A DNA stretch of 64,000 bases from positions 1,435,773 to 1,499,772 of the forward strand of contig BDGG01000010.1 in NCBI GenBank assembly GCA_001949185.1, in the 5' to 3' direction. The notes under the pieces are model-generated. The model was given only the letters and a program-made list of their open reading frames with translations. It did not search any database and had not been told where the DNA came from. The DNA comes from Ramazzottius varieornatus (lineage: Eukaryota > Animalia > Tardigrada). The position numbers and the translations under genes were made by a program. Shown here piece after piece: positions 25,535 to 37,000 of this stretch. Position 1 is the first letter of the stretch, and each line of letters starts with the position of its first letter.

Positions 25535-27626
25535 AGAACCACTGTACTATTTCTTTTATCGTCATGTGTAGTTTAGCCTCACAGGAAGTAACTCACTACG
25601 GTTCTACCTCTTGTAAGTTTCCTGCTCCACTAAAGTGTGTTTCTATATCATGTGAACTGTAATACCTATAGTTTTATGAACACACTCTAGATATCATCCG
25701 CTTTGCAAACCGATTAGCAAACCGTGTCGGACAACTCGCGGTTTTCCACGTCTGCGGAGACGTTGCTGCGCATGCTGCAAGTTTGACTCTTGTGCGAAAA
25801 TATTCTGGAAAGGTGTGAGGGTTTTTAAAATCCTAGAACTACCGATTTTGGTAGCTTTAAAAGTTCTCCATGAAATGCGAAGGTAAGAAGAGGGAAGATG
25901 ACTCGAGCAGGAAAGTGACGAGGCGATCTTGTCGTGCTGCGACGTCACTGCTGACGCAACAGACACCTCCTTTCTCAGAGACACTCGTCCGCCTGCCAAC
26001 GATCGGTGAATGGGTGAGGTCAGGCAGGTTGATTCAGTATGAAAGCGCCGACTTCATTCAGCTTCGTGATGACGTAATGATACCAGACGGCGATCTCTGT
26101 TGTGTTTCAGACACGCTGCTGACCTCATCAGTCGTCGACTTGTCGCGTTAGAAAAGTTTGCTGACACAGTTGCCATTTGGTCAGGTTCCTGTCCACAAAG
26201 TGTATCGCTCGTCTGTCCTAATCCTTTCCTTCCGTGGATTCATCTCGTCGCACCGCTGGCGTCTTCTACGGGACCTCATACTACAGAATCCAATGAGCTG
26301 TTTTCAGGTGAGTCAAAAGCTGCTTTATAATAAGTCTTTCATCCATCTTGTGCAGTCGACATCTGATCTTGACCAACTTTGCCTTGCGCGCTCCTTCTAA
26401 TAATGTCTCTTTTGAGCACTTAACGTATCGCTGAATTATCCCTGTGATTATCTCAAACTTTCGAAATTGCTAAATCAGCTCTCTGGAAGGTATCGACCAG
26501 TGGTTCGTTCGTGTGGAGAGTGTGTGGTTTAACGCAGGATAGCTGTGCTTGATTAGTTGATTGCTTACGAGTACTCCAGGAGGACCGAGGAGGCTCTGTT
26601 TCCGCTTGATTGACAGACTAGTTGTTTGAGCTCATGACGTAGTCCCAATTTGAGTTTTCGCACGCTTGACTAACCGGAAGTTAATGGAGTTTCTGACAAC
26701 CTGTCAACTCGACTTCAAAGCTTCCAGTCTCCATCAGCTACCCGGCGCAGAGACGAGCTTGAAATCGCGTATCCTTTCTTGTCGGTGCGTAAGGATGATA
26801 AGGAGGTAGAAATCGCGCTGGCAAAGTGAGGCGCCATCTTTGTTTTGAATGGGTGATGGCCTTGCGACCCAGACTTTGCGAGACTTGCTTCGAGAATTTC
26901 TTATGTGGGAAAAGATCGGTCATTAAGCCTGTAGGAGCAGATTGGGTAAAAATAGAGCCGTAATGGCGCATCAGGCGTGTGACTTCCCGCGGAGACCTTG
27001 AAGTGGCTCCGTTTTGCATGTTGCTGCGCGCAGCAATTTCCGCCCGAAAGTTTATTTACGTATGTCTTGGCAGGCTGGCAACGATCCGTGGACCGGATAA
27101 TTTAATTTTGGGATGTCGGCGAAGAGCGCCTGACTTAGCCGTGTGACGCAGAACAAACTCGCTCTTCCAAATCTAAATCGAAACAGGGTTTCTCACGCAG
27201 ACGGCGCAGTTGGTTAGTTTTTGGGATATGTGTCCGATCTTCGCCGAAGCAAAAAGAATTTGCAATGTTCCCTTAAAAATAGAAGTTAATGGAAGCTAAT
27301 GGTACTAGAAAGTACGGTGACAAGAGAAGAGACTCTGAGATGTGTTTTGGTTCGAAAGATGACTGGTGACATGACAGCATTCAGGGATGAAATGACGGGC
27401 GTACTTCCGGCTGGCACTCGTGTTTCACAGCGTGTGGTTCCTTGTCTCTCAGCACCACTGTGCTACTTGGAGTAGTACGAGTACTGCTGTTCGTTGGGGA
27501 ACTTCTGCGTGACAGGAGAACCAGACTCATCAGGACGTCATCCAATATCCCAGTCGTACTCACGCGGCCAAACCTCGCGCCGTACTACGCGGCGTTCTCT
27601 ACTATGGTATGCGCACGCGAAGGGAG

Positions 27627-28057
27627 NNNNNNNNNNNNNNNNNNNNNNNNNNNNNNNNNNNNNNNNNNNNNNNNNNNNNNNNNNNNNNNNNNNNNNNNNN
27701 NNNNNNNNNNNNNNNNNNNNNNNNNNNNNNNNNNNNNNNNNNNNNNNNNNNNNNNNNNNNNNNNNNNNNNNNNNNNNNNNNNNNNNNNNNNNNNNNNNNN
27801 NNNNNNNNNNNNNNNNNNNNNNNNNNNNNNNNNNNNNNNNNNNNNNNNNNNNNNNNNNNNNNNNNNNNNNNNNNNNNNNNNNNNNNNNNNNNNNNNNNNN
27901 NNNNNNNNNNNNNNNNNNNNNNNNNNNNNNNNNNNNNNNNNNNNNNNNNNNNNNNNNNNNNNNNNNNNNNNNNNNNNNNNNNNNNNNNNNNNNNNNNNNN
28001 NNNNNNNNNNNNNNNNNNNNNNNNNNNNNNNNNNNNNNNNNNNNNNNNNNNNNNNNN
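27627..28057. other. Assembly gap (431 N)
   Basis: Run of N. Confidence 1.
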
Positions 28058-29793
28058 GCGGAACGACGGTAAAGCCAAATTCAACCGTAGAAAATTGTCA
28101 GAAAGAGCATCACATTGAGTTAGTCGCGTACGTACGTACTTCCGTACCGCTGTGTCGGAATCGCCTGACCCAAACTTCTTACTGGCCCAAACTCCCTCGG
28201 CGCGCGTGTGCTGATTAGTACGGATATGGTTCTTCCGTACGATTTGTTTGGCTTTCCGTGGTACGGATATCGGAAGTTGAGAAGCTTCAGATTTCTCCCG
28301 TTGACGTCTGCCAGAGTGTCGAGACGGAGTTTCTTGGATGAGGTTTTTATGGGTTACGGGAGAATACTACACCGTACTATTTGCGCGTGATTTTTGGAGG
28401 GTTCCGAAAGACTGATTTCCTTGTTTGCTCTCCAGTTTCTGCTGTTTACCGTCGTTGAGTGGATTGTACTGTTTTGTTGGAAAGTGGATCTTTGAGACAG
28501 TTGACATGTCGAATGATACTACATATTGCGCATTCCTTGAAGTGAGCTGATGGTTGAAAATTCGCAAGACGATATCTGAACAGGCAAGTACAACCTCCTC
28601 TTAAACATCATTCCGAAACCGGAGAGCTCTTGAGAATGCAGGAGCTTTAATCTAGATTGACCAAAGGGTTTTTTATATGGTTTTCGTTCTTTTCATGTTT
28701 GGCTGTCTGGTGAATTTGTTGACTATCCGCGATGACATAATCTGATGATTCTGATTGTTGGCATGAGCTCATGCATTGAACGTACGTAAGACAGTGTGGT
28801 TGCATACTACGGCCAACCAAAGTCTGGTATTTTGTTGGAAGTTTGGTTAGCCCTGGCGTGGCGAGATGGGAGCTTCTGGCTCATTCTGCTCTCAGCAGCT
28901 CGTTTTCGAGGAAGATTTCTTGTTAACGTTCTTCTGTTATCTTCTCGAAGGACTTTATGGTTGTGAGATACCAAGAGTAGGTTCTGTGAATGAGTTCGTG
29001 GAATGCGTTAGGAATTGATGGCCGTGATGGATTCTGCCTCGGTGGTCGTCAGTTGGTTTCCCTGATCATTGACTGATTTAATGCTTATCGATTAATCGGA
29101 AACAACTTCAGGACAATCTTCCTGTCGTTTTTGTTGTCCACCTCTCCCGCCACTGGGGAACACGTTCACCTACTCATCGAGCGCTTCGATTATTGGTTAC
29201 AGCCTGTTTGTTTCTGGAGCGGGGTTTTGTTTGTGTCGGATAGACTGACGCAACTTCCAACCTTCAACGACGTCTGTCTCGAACCCAATTCCGTATGAAG
29301 CGTGAGAGCTTTTCCGTGTTCCCCATCCACAAAGCAAACCCTCAATATCTTTGGAGTATTCCGCTGGAAAAAGTTTTTGTTCCAGGACTGCTGAACGGGT
29401 TTTTCTTTGAGCGGATCTAAACAGAAGTTTTTCGCGTCTCCGTTCAATCAATAAACAGAGGTTTTTGAGGGAAGTTAACCTTCATGTTGAGCATGGGCAT
29501 CGCATGGTTGCCATGTCGTTGTAGAGTATTATGTGGTGCTGTTGTATGGGAAAACTCTGGAGTAGCATCCGAAAGGCGCTGGATCATGTGATTCTTGTAT
29601 GGTGAAGAAGGAGAGGAATTCATGGGAGAGAGCGGTTGTTGAGCGTGATATGGTCGATGGTTTGCTCGTGCTTACACGTGAGTTATGGCTTTGCTGTAAA
29701 ATGGCCTGTTGTTGGTGTTGAGGGTGAAATGGAGAAACTTATATGGATGGATGATGTAAGTTGACAAACGAGTGTTTCTTTTTTTGGTTGTAG

Positions 29794-30414
29794 ATTTACG
29801 GAGAATTCGGCCGAGTTGCAGTCGAATATCGGATGGAAAGCAGCGATTTCTGCCAGGCACAATACGCAGCAGCAGTGTAAAGTGCGCCACCTCTTCTGGA
29901 GCCTCAACTTCTACACAAGTGGCTGACTTGAGGACCAGATTTCTCAGTAAGTTCCACCTCCGTCAATGAGGATGGTCGTCTTCGCCGGAAGCATTATCGT
30001 AGAGATTGGGTGAAGAGTCATCAGGAAGAAACTAAGCGTTGCAAATTGTCTTTGTCCCTTTACAGACCCACGTCTCCGACCTCCTTAATTCCGACCGTGG
30101 AGTTCCGAGGGATATCAGCGACGGCTGTTTGACTCTTAATTTATCTAGCCTGGTGAAACCTTTCTTCTCAGCTGTGAATATATTTATATGTGATTGGCCT
30201 GCGATATTCGAACTGAAATCGTCCTTTACCAACGACCAACCGAAAGAAAACTGCGGCAGCTAGTCTCTTCCCAGCTCGAGATACTCCCTGCTCTGCCTAA
30301 TAAACTTTACTGGTAAGAAACTCCATTCCGAATGTTGCTTCCTCTTATGAAGTCGGTTCGGTGAACGATCCCATCTTCTGTTCAGGTCCTTAAGAGCGTT
30401 CTCTGATCGAAGAA
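29794..30414 (+). promoter_or_regulatory. Spliced 5' leader of PRL/PTP4A containing overlapping uORFs (leader exons 29794-29946, 30066-30312, 30386-30414)
   Basis: Acceptor TTTTTTTGGTTGTAG ends at 29793, donor GTAAGT at 29947, acceptor ends at 30065, donor GTAAGA at 30313, acceptor ends at 30385. AUG uORF 29833-29880 encodes MESSDFCQAQYAAAV. A second frame ends RLRPP* at 30086-30088. Confidence 0.65.
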
Positions 30415-31380
30415 ATGGCTCGATTCCGACCACCTGCGCCAGCCGAGATCTCCTACAAGGGCTTCCGCTTCCTTATTACCGATCGGCCATCTGATGCCAC
30501 CATGGAGTCCTACTTGCAGGTACGGTACCTTCATTTCTCGTTTTCCCGGGTAGTCATTCTCTTCTTTGTGAACCGGGAGCGGTTTCACGGTTATTTCCTT
30601 GTTGTAGGAACTGAAGAAGCATGGCGTGACGGACGTGGTGCGGGTCTGTGAACCTTCGTATGACATTACTGCCTTGCAAGAATCGGGGATTACCGTGCAC
30701 GTAAGTAGAAATCAGTGTTTTGATGAGGCAGCGATCAATAGTGAATTTATTGTAACGAGATTGACTCTCTGCAGGACTGGTTTTTCCCTGATGGCTCGTA
30801 TCCGGCGGAAGACATTCTGACTCATTGGTTCACTCTGCTGAAGAGCCGCAACCGTGATAACCCGGATGCCTGCATTGCTGCTCACTGTATCGCTGGTTTA
30901 GGAAGGTATGTTTCATGTTTAAGGTTTCCATCGAAAAATGGGATAAAGTGGGAAATGAACTTCCGTTTCTGCACGTGTAACGAATCTGAAGTGGTCCGTG
31001 TGTTGATATGTTCGTCCTTTTTCAGAGCACCGGTTTTGGTGGCGGTGGCCTTGGTCGAACTTGGAATGGCTAGCGAGGACGCGGTGGAACTAATTCGCAA
31101 GTACGAACAGAATCCTCTCGTGGCTCGTATCCGGCGTTTTCTTCCATAGTACAGTTCTTGCGCCCAGTAACGACGCTTACGAGTGGTTTCTTTTCTCTTC
31201 CTAAATTGTTATCTTTCATGAAGGACTATTATGAAGATAACTAGTAGACATGTCTTCGTTTGCAGTAAGCGCCGAGGGGCGATCAATGCAAAGCAGTTGG
31301 ACTACCTAAACTCGTACCGTCCGAAGGGGCGCTTGAAGAGCAAGAAGAACGGGGGGAACACAGAGTGCTGTGTCCAGTGA
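30415..31380 (+). CDS. PRL-1: Prenylated protein tyrosine phosphatase PRL (PTP4A family), 5 coding exons
   Basis: MARFRPPAPAEISYKGFRFLITDRPSD, VVRVCEPSY, DWFFPDG, active site AHCIAGLGRAP, RRGAINAKQL, polybasic tail and CaaX CCVQ*. Confidence 0.96.
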
Positions 31381-34052
31381 CTAGCTGTGGTTTCAATATG
31401 CCCAGGTTATCTTTTCATGTCTGACATCGTTGTACTGTTGGGGAAAGCTGATGAGCAGTTGCCTATTCTTAGACGAGCCCGTTTTCTTAATACTTATTTT
31501 GCTGCTCCATCACTGAAGGACCGAGACTCCTCATCCGTCTTGTTATGGCTTGTTCTGTACGCCAGCCCCTCGGCGTGGCTTTTTTTAATAGTTCGCTATT
31601 TATACCACTTGCCAGTCCAGTTTGATAGTTATTGTAGAATATTCTCTTCTGTTAAACAATTTTCGAAGAATTGCTTTGACATGCAGTTATGCTCCCCTCT
31701 CCAGCGTGTGCACCTTTGGCCCATCGAAATCTTCTCGAACTGCTCTTCTCCTGTCCTTACCTTCTGTTGCTGCTTTCGTTGTTCCTTGTACCTTCTTCCT
31801 TACAATAGCATGCAGAAAATACCTCCTCTTTTCCCCCTTTTCTTGTCGCTGTCTGGTCCAGTTTCAGAACTCTTCGTTTTGTATAGTTTTCTCAGACTTG
31901 CCATGGCTTTATTCTCTTCGGTTATTCTTAGAGATGTATGTCGTCTATGTTTTCTTACTGGATGCTGAATTTTGATGAGCCCTTGGTGTGCACGGTTTTT
32001 TGTGATATTTCGTACTTGTGTATCAGTAAAGCTTGATCGCTCATCCTGGGTGTCTTGTATCTCCAGATAGCAAAAAGTGGTCGGGAATCAACTTCCGCCT
32101 CGGATCGCCGTTTGACATGACCCTCCATGGACCATCTTTTGGTTCGTTGAATGGAAAACAGTTTTTAGAGAACTAAGAGCTTCCAGATCGCAAGATCGCA
32201 AGATCGCGATCCCTCACCCGGTGCCAGGAGGATGTGGGGACGTCCTCCAAAACTCCCATCCTCACTCTTTCGACATCGAACCGACCAATCAGCACAAGAG
32301 TGCGCCGTTATGCACCGACCTATTATTATGGCATGCCGTGAGGTTCGAGTAACGTAACACGGAAAATCTTGGCTCTTCCGTCGATGTCTCGAGTCTCATC
32401 TCTAAGACTCCTGGTGTACTGATTTAGAAGGCTGAGCTATCAGTTGAGGCAGAACGAAGGCAGGTGATTCCGGGGTAGGAATACTCTGATGAGTATCAGC
32501 GCAAACGTTCATTACCTTCACACCTTTTGTTTCGCTAGCGGCGTTGTCGTTTACGGATGCGCAACTAGGGTGCCTTCATCAATCACTTGCTTCATTCACT
32601 TCCGGTCGGCCGTCAGTGAAAGATTCATCCTTTCGAACTCTCTTCTCTACGACAGTATCTGTCTTGCACCTGTCCGCCAACGTCAGATGTTTGAAGTGGA
32701 CTGAGCTCAAGTGGACTGACTGCAGTGGATCGCTTCTTTTGCTGCACAACGCGTGCGCTATGTGAGTGAACGACCTGTTGCACTATTTGTCAAATGTTTA
32801 CTTTGTGACACAGCTGTTCCAAAACGAATCAACCGACTAAAAGATGCCTCGTGGTTTGCAGAGTAACATCTTGTCAAGGTTGGTCGAACTTTGATCGAGT
32901 CCAGCTGTCTCCGAGAAGCTTCAGCGACTTCGCTTCCCTGTAATCTGTCAATGTCATCGACGCATTCTTTCTGGATGATTACCGCACGAGTATCGTATGC
33001 GCTCGAGGAATGGCATACGTCGATGCATCCACTTGGAAACATTACGGCGGGAATACGGGAATTTCAAGTAAGTCCCAGTAGACTATTATCCCTGATTATG
33101 TTTGACGTGATTCTGACTTTGAGCAGTGAGTATTCATCGAAGCTTGCTGGTGGAAAGTGAGCGTGTAACAAGCTACAAAGAAAGCTACGCGAGCTGTTCT
33201 GTAGCCTTGGGCTAGCGCAGTTTTGCAACAGCATCTTTTTGGGCGGAAGGCAAACATGGTCGTGTCGAAGACTGCGGTGGCGCAGGCTGAGGCCGACATT
33301 GACCTTCGGTGCGAAGTTCTTCCCGAGGGTTTGCGGCGGAGAGACGACTCGAAAGGTAGCAAATTTCCGTTTTCCCACTGACCACACAGTATACGAAAAC
33401 AGCATAGGCATAAAGGCTCGAGCGTGTTGTCTACAACATATCTGTTTTCGAATGACAGAAGGGTGTTTTGATTGCTGCTTTGACGGACAGCTACTAAGCC
33501 GAAGGGAGCAAAGAAACGAGCCACGAAACCCTGCAGAACCAGGTTTTTATGTGCAGTTATAGTGTATTTCGCAGAGGTACTCCGGAACAACGAAGCACGT
33601 GGACCGTTAAACATAAGGGTTTACAAGTGCTCATGCGTAAGGTTACTTTGTGGAAGGACGCGTTTCCTTGCTATGAGGTGATCGTGTTCAACAGGCGTTT
33701 GGCAGTTGTTGGAGTACGTACCACCGCCAAGGCAGATACGACTGCAAAAACAAGCTATAAAAAGCTGTTTTATTTGTATTTACTACCGCTGCAGCGCCGC
33801 GGGTGTACGAAGAGGCTATACCTCAGCCAAACTTACCGAAACACTCGAGGTACCTGTAGGTCTTTTGCGCCGTCAGCAATGACAACAATAATTATGTATC
33901 ACAAGAATTGCGCGTGTAGGAAGCAGCAGGCTTCGTGGAGTTCTTCGGCATTCTAGTCTTTCAAATTCCTGGATGTGTTTTGTAGTACATTACCAGGAAG
34001 TGCAGAGATCTAAAAGAAGGACTTTGGCCGGCAGAACCTGCTATCTCGAAGC

Positions 34053-37000
34053 ATGGATATTATTGAGTTTACAGGTCGTTAGAACAGTTTTCCGCTAGTT
34101 CTTATCGGCGCAATGACAGGTGGAATTTGACACCGTTTTCATTGTAGGCCATCGACGGACTTTGACGTGGGTCAGGACGCCACTGTATGACCGTGAATAC
34201 GAGTTGACGGAAAGGTGCAACAGTGATCCCGAACTACAACCGACTTTCAGCTTGAAGAGCAAGCGGCGTAATACTCTTCCGAACTCGCCCATTGAGTACA
34301 TTCGGAAGTTACGGAAACGAATATCGGGCAATGTAAGAAGCACCACCGGCCTAACCGCAGAGTTCGTATTTTCCAGCTATTGGTTTGTCGGTTTGTGTTC
34401 CTACAGGTTGTCAAGCAAGTTGGAACCGGCGATGCAGTCGTCCAAGAAATTCCTGTCACGAAGAGGACTTCAGCGAAAGGGAAAGAGAACAAAGCGTGGG
34501 ATATCGTTCACTTCCTGGTCGGTGGCCAGTCCTTCCAGTGCCCCGAATGGATCTTCGCCGGCCATCCAATGACCTTGCTGGGAAACTTACAGAGGCGGAA
34601 CGTCTACTTCCATGCCAAAACAAAATCTTACGTCTTCGCCGACCTCCTACCTGACGTCTTCACAGCGGTAAGTCCATAATGCAACAATACATACTAATTT
34701 GATGTGGATTAGAAGCACCGGGTGATTTTTGACCGACGACAGGAAGAATTCCACCATGGCTTTCAATGAAAACTTCATTTCAGTGGATTATGATAGATCG
34801 AAGCGTCCAATGCAATATTTGTCATGCTTGGTTGATTATTTACGCGAATAATGCATACTCCGCATTTTTTATTGCAGGTACTGGAATACTATCAGACAGG
34901 TATAAATGTCATGGAGATATTTGAGACGTTGGCAGATGAATTCCCCAGATGGTTATTCCGACTGGCGCACGTTCTAAGCCAATAACAATAGAAGTGTAGT
35001 CCACTTGAAATATCGACCTGGGCTAAATCATCTGTTGACGTCGGATTTTTCTGTCAGCTGTTTGACGTCATTTGAGAAACGAGGTCTCGATTGACAAGTT
35101 TACCGTACTGATGAGCTTATACAGCGGTGTTTTACTTTGTAAAGTCGTGTTATAGGCTCACTGACTCGACCTGAGCGTTTGACGTTGAACTACTTCCTGG
35201 AACAACTGGAGATTTTCGACCTTGAGCAGACTGCCGTTGACCAGCTGTTAAAGAAGGAAGGTTGGTCAAGAGGCTTTCTTCGAAACTGCAAAACAATACT
35301 GGGATTTACACCTTGAGTTATATTATTGATCGAATATTCAACAGGTGTTTATAGGGTGGAAGAACTCCAGAGCATCAACGATCAAAAGCTAAACTATAGG
35401 GCGTATACGTGGGAAGTTCTGGAGAACCCGAAGTCATGCTTGGTGGGGAAGATCTACGGTTACTTGTCGCTTTTCATGACGATTCTTTCGGTTGTCCTTT
35501 ACATTGTTGAGGTATGGAGACCCGAACTTACTGTAGTTGGGAGACCGGCAAACCAACCATCCGAGATCGTGGTCTTTAGTGACGCACGCTTCCAGTCAAT
35601 AGCAATGAACTAGCGCGTCACTTGAGAGAACGCTCGTGCACGTTTCATTTGCCGGCTGCATGCCGACTTGATGTACCGTTTGGCGTATCGGATTCTTTTT
35701 CTTACCGTTTTTGTTCTTATTCCTAGACTTTACCCGAGCTGGAGAAATACAGTTTGATAGGACGGACATCCATCTCCGAGGCTTTCCACAGTCCGCTGGT
35801 CATTGCCAACACAGTCTGCTTTGTTTTCTTCTTTGTGGAGTTCGTCCTTCGCTTTGCGTCATGTCCGAACCTGAAATCCTTTGCCTCGTCCTGGGCCAAC
35901 TGGACCGACCTCCTGTCCATCCTGCCCTACATCATCGTTCTGATACTCCTGGCAGTCCATTACGATGACCACAGGTACTAATCTCGAGCTCTTACTATGT
36001 CACCGATAAGGTAGAACAAGCTTCTATTGCTCCATACAGGACTATGCCGATTAGCGTGCTGAATACTCTTCGGGGATGCCGGCTCTTCTTGGTGACAAGG
36101 ATACTCGGTACCTCCCGGTACTACCGGCAGCACTGGATTGTCATACTCGTCCAGACGCTCTGGAACAACATGAACACACTTTTTGTTTTGTTCTTCCTTT
36201 TGATCATCTGTATGGTTGGATTCGGAGGTTTGTCCCTCGTTGAATGAGTCTCACATCAGCATTGCACGATATAGGCCTCGGTTACTGAACCATCTTGTTA
36301 TTATAGGCCTGATTTACGCTCTGGAAGGAGTTGGTCAGGAAGATCCCAACTTCCCATCAATTCCACTCGGAATGTGGTGGGCGGTAATCACGTAAGTAAC
36401 TCATTCCACTGGAGTCATTGCTCACGCTTTGGTTCTTGATACTACAGCAGCTTTGCTCTTGTTTTCAGGATGACAACAGTCGGGTAAGCTAGATGGAAAA
36501 CCTGACACTTTGTGATAGGATGACGAACGTGGGAATGGTCTTATGTATTCATTTCCCAGGTACGGTGATGTTGTTCCTACAAGGGCTCTCGGTCAGATCT
36601 TGGCTATCCTATGCGGCTGCGTTGGTCTGATGTTTATTGGGTAAGATAATCGCTACCTTCTCAAGGAATCAACATACGATATTCAAACAATGTGACTGGT
36701 TCTTTGGCAGTTTTGTTTTGGAGTCAGTGACATATGAGTACCATCGTCTGATGAAGGCGAATAACCAGTACATTCGCTACCTCGCTGATGCAGAGGCAAA
36801 AAGGGCCGCTACGGCGAAGACCCTGGGTTCCATGAAGCATGTGCCCAGTTATAAGGGAAGCATGGCAGCAATGGCTGGAAGTTACGATAATGAAATACAC
36901 GTTAGCATCAATGGTGCTGACTTTTACTTCTCATTAACCGATCTCAATCGCCATCCAAGCTCTCTCTTGGGCCATCCCTCCAAACGGTCTCCGTACTACA

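Noticed and set aside
27442-28218. Long ORFs across the gap
   Set aside because: Artefacts of translating N runs.
28208-28390. Short ORF after the gap (..SFLDEVFMGYGRILHRTICA*), possibly another PRL leader uORF
   Set aside because: No clear exon boundaries linking it to PRL and it sits next to the gap; unsupported without transcripts.
31387-31975. 193-aa and 117-aa hydrophobic ORFs after PRL
   Set aside because: T-rich 3' UTR-like sequence that lacks stops by composition; no family features.
32758-33956. Minus-strand ORF fragments with some splice-like sites upstream of the Kv gene
   Set aside because: I could not assemble a consistent reading frame or recognise a domain; a decayed or orphan gene cannot be excluded.
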